DNA from: Eledone cirrhosa
Lineage: Eukaryota
Direction: 5' to 3'
NCBI GenBank assembly: GCA_964016885.1
Contig: OZ024761.1
Coordinates: 4,464,001 to 4,528,000, forward strand
Length of the DNA stretch: 64,000 nucleotides
The position numbers were made by a program, and so were the translations under genes. Every line of letters begins with the position of its first letter. Positions within the stretch are counted from its first letter, which is position 1. Below, piece by piece: positions 24,381 to 35,334 of the stretch. Below the pieces are notes generated by a model. That model was given only the letters and a program-made list of their open reading frames with translations, had not been told where the DNA came from and did not search any database.

Positions 24381-25101
24381 TATATATATATATATATACT
24401 ATAAAGTATGTCCATAGAATCATTTGATAATATATATACACCATTTCCTCTCCCAATTAGCATAATCAACCACATAAAAAAAATCAATTAGACCAGGCTA
24501 TAAGATTAAAAGGCACCTATGAAGAAATATATGATAAATAAACGACAGCAATCTCTTCGCGGCCGACCGCCATAGAATATTTACCCAACATTTCAACAGC
24601 ACGTGGAAATCGACTAAATATACCGTCAACCATACACAATTAGGTATAAAATTGAAGTTAGAAGAAATGCGTACACACTACCAGGATTATGTCTCTACCC
24701 TCGGGTTTCGTTCGTAATTTGAGATATCCTATTAAGGATAAAATCTCGAGCTTCGAACTCGTCAGGAAACAAACTCATAGGACAAGTAATTTTCTAAAAT
24801 GATCCCCGCCAGAAACAAATTCAAAATGGCTAAAAATCGTGGCAGTGGTCAAGTCAGAAAGAATGTGATTGGTTGCTTACAGCGAGTGGGCTGGTTGCTA
24901 GAAAGCGCAGCCCAATATTGCCCAAATTGTATCTCAACCTAATGGGAGATTATTAAATATAAAGATTTACATATACACAAACTAAACAAAGTCACATACA
25001 ATTTCACAACATATTAAAAGCACTCAACAAAGAGTTTTCCTGCCAATACTGGAATTGCATAATCAAGACCGTAGCGGTATGTCATATATCAAATCATATA
25101 T

Positions 25102-25161
25102 TTTATCTGATGAAGACGTACTTAAAACACAACACAGTACCTTTGAAATATATATAATAAA
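25102..25161 (+). ncRNA. Minimal type-I hammerhead ribozyme motif
   Basis: TTTAT-CTGATGA-AGACGTAC...GTACCTTT-GAAA-TATATA-TA-ATAAA. Lies downstream of a very decayed PLE-like C-terminus (about 24520-24840, RNKFKM). Confidence 0.65.
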
Positions 25162-25335
25162 GCATATATTTTGATTATGTGAATATCTTTCATTTGTTAA
25201 TATTTTGAATAATATATACATATATATATATATTTAAAAAAAATAGAGTTGTGATATATTAGTAAAAAGGAAAAGAAAATGCTGACAAATTTTTCCCAGT
25301 GAAAAATAGTTTAATTAGGAATAAGTATAAATTTG

Positions 25336-25522
25336 TAATTGTTTCTAGTTTAGGCACAAGGCCAGCAATTATCTCAGTACATTACAGGTACTTTATTTTA
25401 TCGACCCCGTAAGGATGAAAGGCAAAGTTAACCTTGGCGGGATTTGAACTCAGACCGTAAAGGGACGTAACTATGCTAGAAAGCATGGCGTCCAACCCTC
25501 TACCGATACTGCCAATTCACCG
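25336..25522 (-). mobile_element. Nin/Deu-domain SINE
   Basis: Reverse complement of the 8431-8624 family. Confidence 0.85.
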
Positions 25523-25654
25523 GAATAAGTAGAACTTAGTAATAAGTATTGGTTAGTATTCAGTTTTAGTTTTAAGTGTTTACCGGTTGCGCATTTCTAA
25601 TGCTTTTCAAAAATAAGTTTGAGATAGAGCGCCCGTGATCTTTGCTCCAATCTG

Positions 25655-25696
<42 letters not shown>

Positions 25697-26266
25697 CCTC
25701 ATTCGGCCGCTGACCTCTGTACAACCGACCCCATCTCACGCACACGCGCGCTCTGCCGAATACCTCAGATATTCAAATCAGCAAACAGCGAAAGACGCCT
25801 TCCGGACTTGTCCGACAGACAAACTTTTCCCCCACCCCGGAAAAAAACCCCAGTTGATGGATGTGAATCCGAAATATATAGGGACTATTAAATCTCTCCC
25901 AAGGTAACTCTCTCTTGTGTTGTTATTATTATTTTTATCCTTTTACTCTTCCCTTCATTCTACACATCTCACACATCTTATACACACCACGCATCTCAAC
26001 GTACACCCACTTACATCTCTCTCTCCACCACCGGACCTTGTTACCCGGAGATTTACCCATTTGCATTGTCGAGGCTTCCAAACGACTTATAGATATTTAC
26101 TTATTGTTCCACAATGCTTCAAGCAAACTTCAATACTCTCATATATATATATTTCGTTTCTGAATTTGTTTAGCAAGATTCTTTATCTGAAATCGTGTGT
26201 TGAAACCGATATTGTTATACTTTGGGAGGGTCATGTTGCCAATAAGAAACACACGCACCAGTTGCT

Positions 26267-27910
26267 TCCCTGTATCCATCTATTGACGTGGATTTTGCTG
26301 TGGAGAAATGCGTAGAAATGATCAGTGAGAGCAAGGTTGAGTTCCGTGGGATTGATACCAGTGAGCTGGGACTCCTACTTAAGCTTACCTATAGTAATAG
26401 TTACCTAGACACTTACGACCTTAGCAACCTGTGCCCTACAAGACCAGCAAAAGGCAGACCACCTACCATTACCTCAATGGCCAAGAAAACCCACACAGAT
26501 AGATGGAACGGGTGGACCAGAGCCATACAGACACCCGAAAACCACGATGAACTGAAGAAAATGATTGCACATGCGGTAGGGGCCAGCATAAAACTAACCC
26601 TTAAGGAACATATGTTCAAATTTAATGGAAAAACATATGCCCAAGAGGAACGAGCAGCCATTGGTGCTAGCATTGCAGGCGACATAGCTAACTTATTCAT
26701 GGTATGGTGGGACAGTAGACTTAAACTTAAACTTAAAGAACAATTAGAAGACCCCTTAACCCTGATAATGTACTCCCGCTACGTAGATGATATAAACATC
26801 GTAGTTAAGACACCCCCACTAGAGAACAGTCAGGAACTAGAGAAAAACACAATGGAAAGCATCCAACAAATAGCAAACTCCATCCACCAGAGCATTAGAG
26901 TTACTATAGACTACCCAAGTAAACACCCCAACCATCGATTACCTGTACTAGACACAGAGCTCTGGTTAGATACCATTAACAACAAAAAACAAATCCTCCA
27001 TTCCCATTATGCCAAACCCATGACTTCCAAACATCTGATCCACCGAAACTCGGCCATTTCGGACCATACCAAAATCAACATACTGATTGCGGATTTGGTA
27101 CGGGTGATGAGAAATGTGTCCCGCATGTGCAACCCCGAAGAACTAGAGAGACACATACAACACTTCATCCACCGTATGCAGTTCTCTGGCTACAATCAGA
27201 GAGATAGAATCAGAGTGTATAGAGGAGCCAGAACCAAATGGGAAAAAATGGTAAATAATGACATAAATGGGACCTGCCCCTTGTATAGGAGCAAATTTTG
27301 GAATAGAATAGAAAGAACTAGGAACAAGGCTAATAGAATAAACTCATGGTATGATAGCAATAAATACCAGAGTGTAATGTTCATCGATACAATCCCTAGA
27401 GGTGAACTAGCTTACAAATTTAGAAGGGCCCTAAATAAACATAAACTCAATATTAAGATAGTAGAAAGACCAGGTACCTCCGTAAAAACACTTATTAGCA
27501 AGACATACCTTTTTCAAAGACCCTCATGTATAGATAAGAAATGTGTAACCTGTAAAATAAGCCCCCATATTAACTGTAAAACTAGAAATGTAGTGTATAG
27601 CATAAGATGTACTGAAGGACAATGTAGAGACAAAAATATAGTGTACATAGGTGAGACAGCTCGTAGTGAAGGGGAACGGATAAATGAACACTGGCGAGAC
27701 CTTCAAGATAATAAAGAATCATCTGTACTCTACCAACATGCTAAGATAGAACACAAGGGTAAATTAGAGAACATAGAAATAAAAATAGAATCTACACACA
27801 GAAAAGACGCAATGTTTAGACAAATTACAGAGGCAATAAACATAAAAGAATTACAACCAAAATTAAATAGAAAATATGAATGGAACAGCAACATCACAAC
27901 TTACAATTAA
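26267..27910 (+). CDS. PLE reverse transcriptase plus GIY-YIG endonuclease, 5'-truncated within RT motif A, otherwise uninterrupted
   Basis: SLYPSID, F.FNGK.Y.Q, AIGASIAGDIANLFM, YSRYVDDI, LPVLD, HYAKPM, Cys-rich linker, NVVYSIRC...YIGETAR...RINEH, RQITEA.NI....P.LN. Confidence 0.92.
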   Translation, partial: SLYPSIDVDFAVEKCVEMISESKVEFRGIDTSELGLLLKLTYSNSYLDTYDLSNLCPTRPAKGRPPTITSMAKKTHTDRWNGWTRAIQTPENHDELKKMIAHAVGASIKLTLKEHMFKFNGKTYAQEERAAIGASIAGDIANLFMVWWDSRLKLKLKEQLEDPLTLIMYSRYVDDINIVVKTPPLENSQELEKNTMESIQQIANSIHQSIRVTIDYPSKHPNHRLPVLDTELWLDTINNKKQILHSHYAKPMTSKHLIHRNSAISDHTKINILIADLVRVMRNVSRMCNPEELERHIQHFIHRMQFSGYNQRDRIRVYRGARTKWEKMVNNDINGTCPLYRSKFWNRIERTRNKANRINSWYDSNKYQSVMFIDTIPRGELAYKFRRALNKHKLNIKIVERPGTSVKTLISKTYLFQRPSCIDKKCVTCKISPHINCKTRNVVYSIRCTEGQCRDKNIVYIGETARSEGERINEHWRDLQDNKESSVLYQHAKIEHKGKLENIEIKIESTHRKDAMFRQITEAINIKELQPKLNRKYEWNSNITTYN

Positions 27911-28110
27911 GGACAAAATGAAAACACACACACACATAGAACAAACAACCAACCAGTAACATGTAAATAAACAAATAGATAAATGAACATAAACACACAC
28001 AGACACCCGGATGTGGCGCATGCGCAGACTGAGCACACAACACACACACAGAAACAAAATGGCGTAGGACAGAACAAAGGAGAGGCACAGAAACAAAGAA
28101 AGGAATCCCC

Positions 28111-28155
28111 AGTCACTGGAGAGGTCACAGAGTGTGTGACGAAAGAACTATGACT
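28111..28155 (+). ncRNA. Hammerhead motif in PLE 3'UTR
   Basis: AGTCA-CTGGAGA-G-GTCAC(agagtgt)GTGAC-GAAA-GAAC-TA-TGACT. The sister copy at 23930-23974 has the canonical CTGAAGA. Confidence 0.75.
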
Positions 28156-28523
28156 ATATATAAACAACTATCTGGTTGTGGAACCAACCAACCAACCAGA
28201 AATTTATAAATATATAATAAATTGAAGTGAAAGCAACTGGTGCGTGTGTTTCTTATTGGCAACATGACCCTCCCAAAGTATAACAATATATATATATATA
28301 TATAAATGAAAAGTATAGAAATTGTTGTAGCGAGAAGCTAACAGTATTCCATAACATATATGCGACTATAACGTCAAAATGGGAAAATAGTTAACATAAG
28401 ATATGGGAAAAATAATTCAGACTCAATTCAAAAAGAATCAGGATATAGATTTATCCAACAGAATTTAGAGAAATCCAGGGAAAAATCAATAGAGCCTTAA
28501 CTCATGATAAAACAAAGTCTAAA

Positions 28524-28571
<48 letters not shown>

Positions 28572-28573
<2 letters not shown>

Positions 28574-28711
28574 CGAAAGAAGTGTGGTAAGGAACCAGAT
28601 GGACCATAACGCACCAGAGTACTCAATACTTAGGGTAGTAGAGTGGGTAATAGGAAAATGTTTAACCCCGACGGCAGAGCTCAAGCCGTTTCGACGGCTA
28701 TTTCTGGACTA
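28572..28711 (-). mobile_element. Fold-back family B copy (tail plus single arm)
   Basis: Similar to 24192-24330. Ends at gctatttctggact and is flanked by (TA)n. Confidence 0.75.
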
Positions 28712-29332
28712 TATATATATATATAAGCAGAAATATATGATAGAGAAAATAATTTTCTTCCTTACATTGTGTTTAATGATTGAGAGTAAGATTCGTATTT
28801 TTATGGAAGGAATAAATAAGATTTCTTTACTTCTGCAGAGTTGTATCCCTTAGACTATTCAGAGGAAAGTGGTTTGTCTATAATGTCACAGAAGGGATAA
28901 ACATAGGCCGTAGGAAGTAGAAAATAACAGGCTACAGATTCGGAAACAATGCAGTCTTTAAAACATCGGAGAGGACAGAATGAAAACCGCGGTCGCCAAG
29001 ATGGCATACGTTGTTTTCATTCTGTCCGTTTTCACAGTGCCGCGCCCAAGACCCATCCCCTATCTCCATCCCATTCTTCTGCGACCCTACAGCCCTTGCC
29101 TTTTCCTTCCTTTTCTGTTTTCAGAACTACAAAAGACACTGGTATTGTAAACATTGCTAGCGATATAAGTTACTGGAATCTGATGGTTTAATGCAGTGTT
29201 GTGAGTTAAAAGTGTAAAAATAAATGATTGGAAAGCGAAACAGAAAAGCATAAGACAGAAAAATAAATAAAATACAAAAAATAAAAAGCATAATAAAATA
29301 TAGATTATTCTTCAAAATATCCAGAGATACAA

Positions 29333-29497
29333 TAATTGTTTCTACTTTTGGCACAAGGCCAGCAATTATCCCAGTACATTACTGGTACTTTATTTTATCG
29401 ACCCCGTAAGGATGAAAGGCAAAGTAACCTCGGCGGGATTTGAACTCAGGCGATAAAGGGGCGTAACTCTTTGCTGCAAAGCATGGCGTCCGACCCA
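29333..29497 (-). mobile_element. Nin/Deu-domain SINE
   Basis: Reverse complement of the SINE family consensus. Confidence 0.85.
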
Positions 29498-29501
29498 GAG
29501 G

Positions 29502-29670
29502 TACAATAATGTATTCCAAATGATGTCATTTGGTGCAAGTGACATCCATGAAGGCGGCTTTATACATACTTTGAAGATCAAAGGACAAGTCTACTTCAGA
29601 GTTAGATCTCTTCAGCCACTTTCAGAAGAAGAACTAAAATATTTACAACTGTATTTCATCAGTGAAAACC
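29502..29670 (+). pseudogene. Helitron Rep-helicase N-terminal coding fragment
   Basis: FQMMSFGA...GGFIHTLKIKGQVYFRVRSLQP...KYLQLYF resembles the Helitron motif FQMTSFGA...TFKIQGQVYHRIGSLLP...KFLQIYF. Confidence 0.75.
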
Positions 29671-29904
29671 CAGACATAAATATATCCAGTAGAGATCCGA
29701 CGAGCTTTTGATTTCAGAGTCGGGCCAGATCGATACAGATCGAACCTTGAGCTGATCAATAGCGAAACACGCACCACCAATCAATCAATAAACGTAATGA
29801 AGGCTTAACAAATCATCCTTGTATTATTAACCTAGTATATTCCTTCCATATACTGTACCGAGTGTGTTGTTATTTCTATTTACCTTTTACATACATACAT
29901 ACAA

Positions 29905-30697
<793 letters not shown>

Positions 30698-30704
30698 AAA
30701 TAAA

Positions 30705-30881
30705 ATTGGCAGTATCGATAGAGGATCGGACGCCATGCTTTCCACCATAGTTGCGTCCCTTTACGATCTGAGTTCAAATCCCGCCGAGGTTGACTTTGCC
30801 TTTCATCTTTACGGGGTCGATAAAATAAAGTACCAGTAATGCACTCTGGGTAATTGCTGCCCTTGTACCTAAAGTAGAAAC

Positions 30882-30886
<5 letters not shown>
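30705..30886 (+). mobile_element. Nin/Deu-domain SINE
   Basis: Family consensus match. Confidence 0.85.
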
Positions 30887-30927
<41 letters not shown>

Positions 30928-30979
30928 TTTAAATGCGTTAGGAAGGCCATCCAGCTGTAGAAGCTAACTCAAAATCAGT

Positions 30980-32282
30980 CCTTACCTATATTAATTTTAA
31001 CTCGAATCACCTACTTTCCATGATCAAATCGGTTCCCCGTAGTATTTCTGTCAGAACCTCTCGCCTATCGTTTAACTCTGAGATTTTCAGTCAACATGCT
31101 GAATACTATAATAACGCATTAAGGAATGCAGACCACCGTGATAAAATATAATACATTGATAAGAATCTCCACAACACACATAGCTACACACGAAATCAAA
31201 GAATATGTAACCGGGGTACAGAAATACAAGCGCACACACGCAGTACCACCAGACATACTAATAATAGAAAATCATCACCAAACTCAAATAAATTACGTTG
31301 TAGAAAGTATATCTGGTATAATCCCATTTTTAATGCTTCGATTAGTACAAAACTATCTCTTTCATTCTTTAAGTTAATTAACAAGCATTTCCCTAGTTCC
31401 CATAAATACAGTAAAATTCTGAACTCTAAAACTATTAAACTATCATACTCCACTGCACCAAACCTTGAAGCATACATAAAAAAACTTAACTTAAAGCAAT
31501 TATTAAATAACACTACAAAACAAAATATTTTATTAACAGATGAGCATAACGTAATATCGGCCTCCCAACCACTAAATGGGAGACGGGTATTACACAACCC
31601 ACCTGAACTGTTATCCCAACCTATCCATGGTATACCTGTTACTCACACCAAAAGCTGCAACTGCCACCTACCCGAAAGATGTCCATTGAAGAATAAATGC
31701 CTAAAGTCCAACATTGTTTATAAATGCATTGTGGAATCGAACGACCAGAAATGGTATTACATCGGGTCTACCACTACCTCCTTTAAATCTTGCTGGTATC
31801 GTCATCGATTTTCGATTAAACATCCTAAACACCGTCTTGTGACTACGCTCGCCAACAAGACCTGGCAACTCCGAGAATGCAACCGGCAGTTCACCTTGAA
31901 ATGGGATAAATTATCCAGCGCTAGTGCATATCGGAGTGGATTGAAGTACTGTAGGTTATGCAACCTTGAACTCTTTTATATCTTAAAATCCCCAAACAAA
32001 TTACTAAATGACAGAATCGAACGATCGTTATACTTGTTTCTACTTTAGGCACAAGGCCAGCAATTACCCAGTGCATTACTGGTACTTTATTTTATCGACC
32101 CCGTAAGGATGAAAGGCAAAGTCAACCTCGGCGGGATTTGAACTCAGATCGTAAAGGGACGTAACTATGCTTGAAAGCATGGCGTCCGACCCTCTACCGA
32201 TAGTGCCAATCCACCGCCCTTACGATCGTTATACTGCAACCACAAACTGAAGGCTAAATTCTCTCACTATAAAATAACTTAA
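30980..32282 (+). mobile_element. Decayed Naiad-type PLE 3' half (RT thumb, linker, GIY-YIG) interrupted by a SINE
   Basis: YYNNALRNA, IWYNP, KHFP, KLSYST.PN, CNCHLPERCPLKNKC, IVYKC...YYIGST..SFK, CRLCNLE. The reading resumes as RSLYCNHK after the SINE. Confidence 0.85.
32035..32221 (-). mobile_element. Full-length Nin/Deu-domain SINE with 14-bp TSD
   Basis: TSD acgatcgttatact at 32021-32034 and 32222-32235. Confidence 0.92.
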
Positions 32283-32474
32283 CATTCGAACCCGAGACTA
32301 CAACATCGCTTTCTCGCTAACTAATTTCTCTCAATAACTACTTCCTAACTATATCCCCCACCCCCACACTACAAGCCAATACCCTGCTTATCATTATAAA
32401 TGGATACTTGAGTGCGATTTGCAGACTACAACTATGAACTCGATGTATCCCCTTCTCATAGCTTTCGTCTGTCT

Positions 32475-32534
<60 letters not shown>

Positions 32535-32583
32535 CCAATAACTTCCTTTAAGAAATACAAGGGTATTTACATTTTAACCATTC

Positions 32584-32700
32584 TGCTCTGAGGAAACGGT
32601 AGAAGCAGCATTTGAAAATTGAGTTTCTGCAAACTAATAATTACCAATTTGCACATAGCATGACTAGGTTGTATAACTACTGTTGAAACATTTGTAAGCA
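32584..32700 (+). ncRNA. Type-I hammerhead ribozyme with a ~74-nt stem II loop
   Basis: TGCT-CTGAGGA-AACGGTAG...CTACTGTT-GAAAC(attt)GTA-AGCA. Located about 300 bp after the Naiad ORF stop. Confidence 0.8.
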
Positions 32701-32747
32701 CTCGGAATAAATTACCTTTTTATGATGTCTACCTGTTATTATTCATT

Positions 32748-32778
<31 letters not shown>

Positions 32779-32784
<6 letters not shown>

Positions 32785-33090
32785 CATCATTTTACGTCCA
32801 CTTTTCCCTGCTTGCAAGGGTGGGACGGGTCCTATTCAGCACAGCATCTCTACACTTGTCACGGTCCTTCGATCTCTCCTCGGTGAGTTTCAGCGATCTG
32901 AGGTCTGCTCTCACCACCTCCGCCCATGTTTTACGTCGTCTACCTCGACTGCGTCTTCCTTCTACTGGGATTTCTTGGCACTTCTTCACCCAGCGGTCAT
33001 CCTCCATGCGCATCACATGTCCATACCATCTCAGCCTTCTCTTCCACACACCACAACTTATCCCTCTTATACCCAGTTTCTTGCTCAGTT
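32779..33090 (-). mobile_element. RTE-clade LINE 3' fragment with (ATG)n tail
   Basis: RRLRWYGHVMRMEDDRWVKK...VEGRRSRGR.RKTWAEVV..DL, followed by a short 3'UTR and atgatgatgatg. Confidence 0.9.
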
Positions 33091-33611
33091 TCTATGCTTG
33101 GTCGCTCACGCACATTAACATATATATATTTAGGTAGACGCGCCCCATCATCCACTTTTCTAAAAAATAAATCATACACAAAACGCCAGCATCAACAGTT
33201 TGGCAAGATATGTCAACATGAATGGACCTGTTATTTTTATCTAAAGACAATGTTTTCCTATTCCAACCCACCTGTCCCCTCAATCTATCTAATTTCTCAT
33301 TCTTTCTTATGATGAAGGACTAGCGTCTGAAACGTTCAGACCCTCATCCTGCTATATCAAGCATTAACCTAATATATCCCTTCCATATACTGTACCGATT
33401 GTGTTGTTATTTCTGTTTACTTTTTATGTATATATATATATATACACACCCACATATATATATTATACAATGGGCTTCCGCATAGTTTCTGTCTACCAAA
33501 TGTCACACATAAGACATGATGAAGGATGAAAAATAAGTTTTGTTGTGTTGAGTTGATCGTAACTTGTCTAGTGTTGTCACTACTGTATTATTTAGCACTG
33601 CAGAGTGTATA

Positions 33612-34253
33612 TTGGTGGTGGTGGCGGTGGGGAGGTGATGGTGGTGGTGGTGGTGGGGAGGTGATGGTGGTGGTGGTGATGATGATGACGATGATGATGA
33701 TGGTGGTGGTGAGGTGATGGTGGTGGTGGTGGTGGGGAGGTGATGGTGGTGGTGGTGGTGGGGAGGTGATGGTGGTGGTGGTGGTGGTGGTGGTGGGGAG
33801 GTGGTGGTGGTGGTGGTGGTGATGGTGGTGGTGGTGGTGGTGGGGAGGTGATGGTGGTGGTGGTGGTGGTGGGGAGGTGATGGTGGTGGTGGTGATGATG
33901 ATGACGATGATGATGGTGGTGGTGAGGTGATGGTGGTGGTGGGGAGGCGATGATGGTGGTGGTGGTGGTGGTGGGGAGGTGGTGGTGGTGGTGGTGGTGG
34001 TGGGGAGGTGATGGTGGTGGTGGTGGTGATGATGATGACGATGATGATGGTGGTGGTGAGGTGATGGTGGTGGTGGGGAGGTGATGATGGTGGTGGTAGT
34101 GGTGATGATGATGACGATGATGATGGTGGTGGTGGTGGTGGTGGTGAGGTGATGATGGTGGTGGTGGTGGTAGTGGTACAGGTGGTGGTGGTAGCGGTGG
34201 TACAGTTGGTGGTGGTGGTGGTAAAGGTGGTGGTGGTGTAGTGGTGGTGGTGG

Positions 34254-34284
<31 letters not shown>

Positions 34285-34430
34285 GGGTGATGGTGGTGGT
34301 GGTGGTGGTGGTGATGGTGGTGGTGTAGTGATGGTGGTGTTGGTGTAGTTGTGGTGGTGGTGATGATGATGATGATGAAGATGATGGTGGTGGTGAGGAA
34401 GGCAGTGATGATGGTGATGATGATGATGAA
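33612..34430. repeat. (GGT/GAT)n trinucleotide tract
   Basis: Direct inspection. Confidence 0.95.
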
Positions 34431-34796
34431 GAGTGTATTGAAACCGATTCAATCAGTTATTTTCTCCTCCATCGATATATTGATGAAAAAAAAAACAAAC
34501 AAAACAAAACGAAACAAAACAAAAAATAATAATAACAATAAAATAAATAAATAGAATAAAAAAGCATCTTTGCTGATATATATTTTAAACTTGTTTTTCT
34601 CTTTTCTTTCTATCTTAATGAATAAAAAGAAAGACAAGCAACAATAGAAGAAAGAATAAAGCTGTAATATCTAAAAATAACATCAACAGAATAAAATCAA
34701 AATACAATGAAAAACTTTATTTTGATGGCGGTCGCCATTGTTATGGGATCTGCCTTGTTTTTAGGTTGTTACAGTTTCATGTTGGACCAGATTATA

Positions 34797-35299
34797 ATGG
34801 CTTCTAATTTTGGCACAAGGCCAGCAATTTCCCCAGTGTATTACTGGTACTTTATTTTATCGACTCCGAAAGGATGAAAGGCAAAGTTAACCTTGGCGGG
34901 ATTTGAACTCAGTTCGTAAAGGACCATAGCTCTATGCTATAAAGCATGGTGTCTGACGTTCTACTGATACTGCCAATCCACACCAGATTATAATATAATG
35001 GTTTCTTAGAAGTCCAGCAATTTTGGGGGAGGGGAAAAGTCGGTTAAATCGACCCCAGTGCGTGACTGGTACTTTATTTTATCCACTCTGTAAGGATGAA
35101 AGGCAAAGCTAACCTCGGCGGGATTTGAACTCAGTTCACAAAGGGACGTAACTCTATGCTGTAAACGTTCTACTGATACTGCCAATCTACACCAGATTAT
35201 AATTGTTTCTACTTTTGGCACAAGGCCAGCAATTACCCAGTGCATTACTGGTACTTTATTTTATTGACCCCGTAAGGATGAAAAGCAAAGTTAACCTCG
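34797..35299 (-). mobile_element. Cluster of three nested/tandem Nin/Deu-domain SINEs
   Basis: Three ctggtactttatttta...ggatgaaa.gcaaag cores, separated by the repeated flank accagattataat. Confidence 0.8.
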
Positions 35300-35334
35300 A
35301 TTATAATCATAACCAGATTATAATGATGGTTTCT

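Larger units (their letters stand above)
26145..28290 (+). mobile_element. Young 5'-truncated Penelope-like element (family A) with inverted pseudo-LTR ends, inserted in (TA)n
   Basis: The left arm (26207-26267) is the reverse complement of the right arm (28231-28290). Contains an RT+GIY-YIG ORF and an HHR in the 3'UTR. Confidence 0.92.

Noticed and set aside
26180-26220. ctgaaatcgtgtgttGAAACCG(G/A)TA in the family A tail as an antisense hammerhead
   Set aside because: No proper CTGANGA core or stem I/II. The family's HHR is at 28111-28155.
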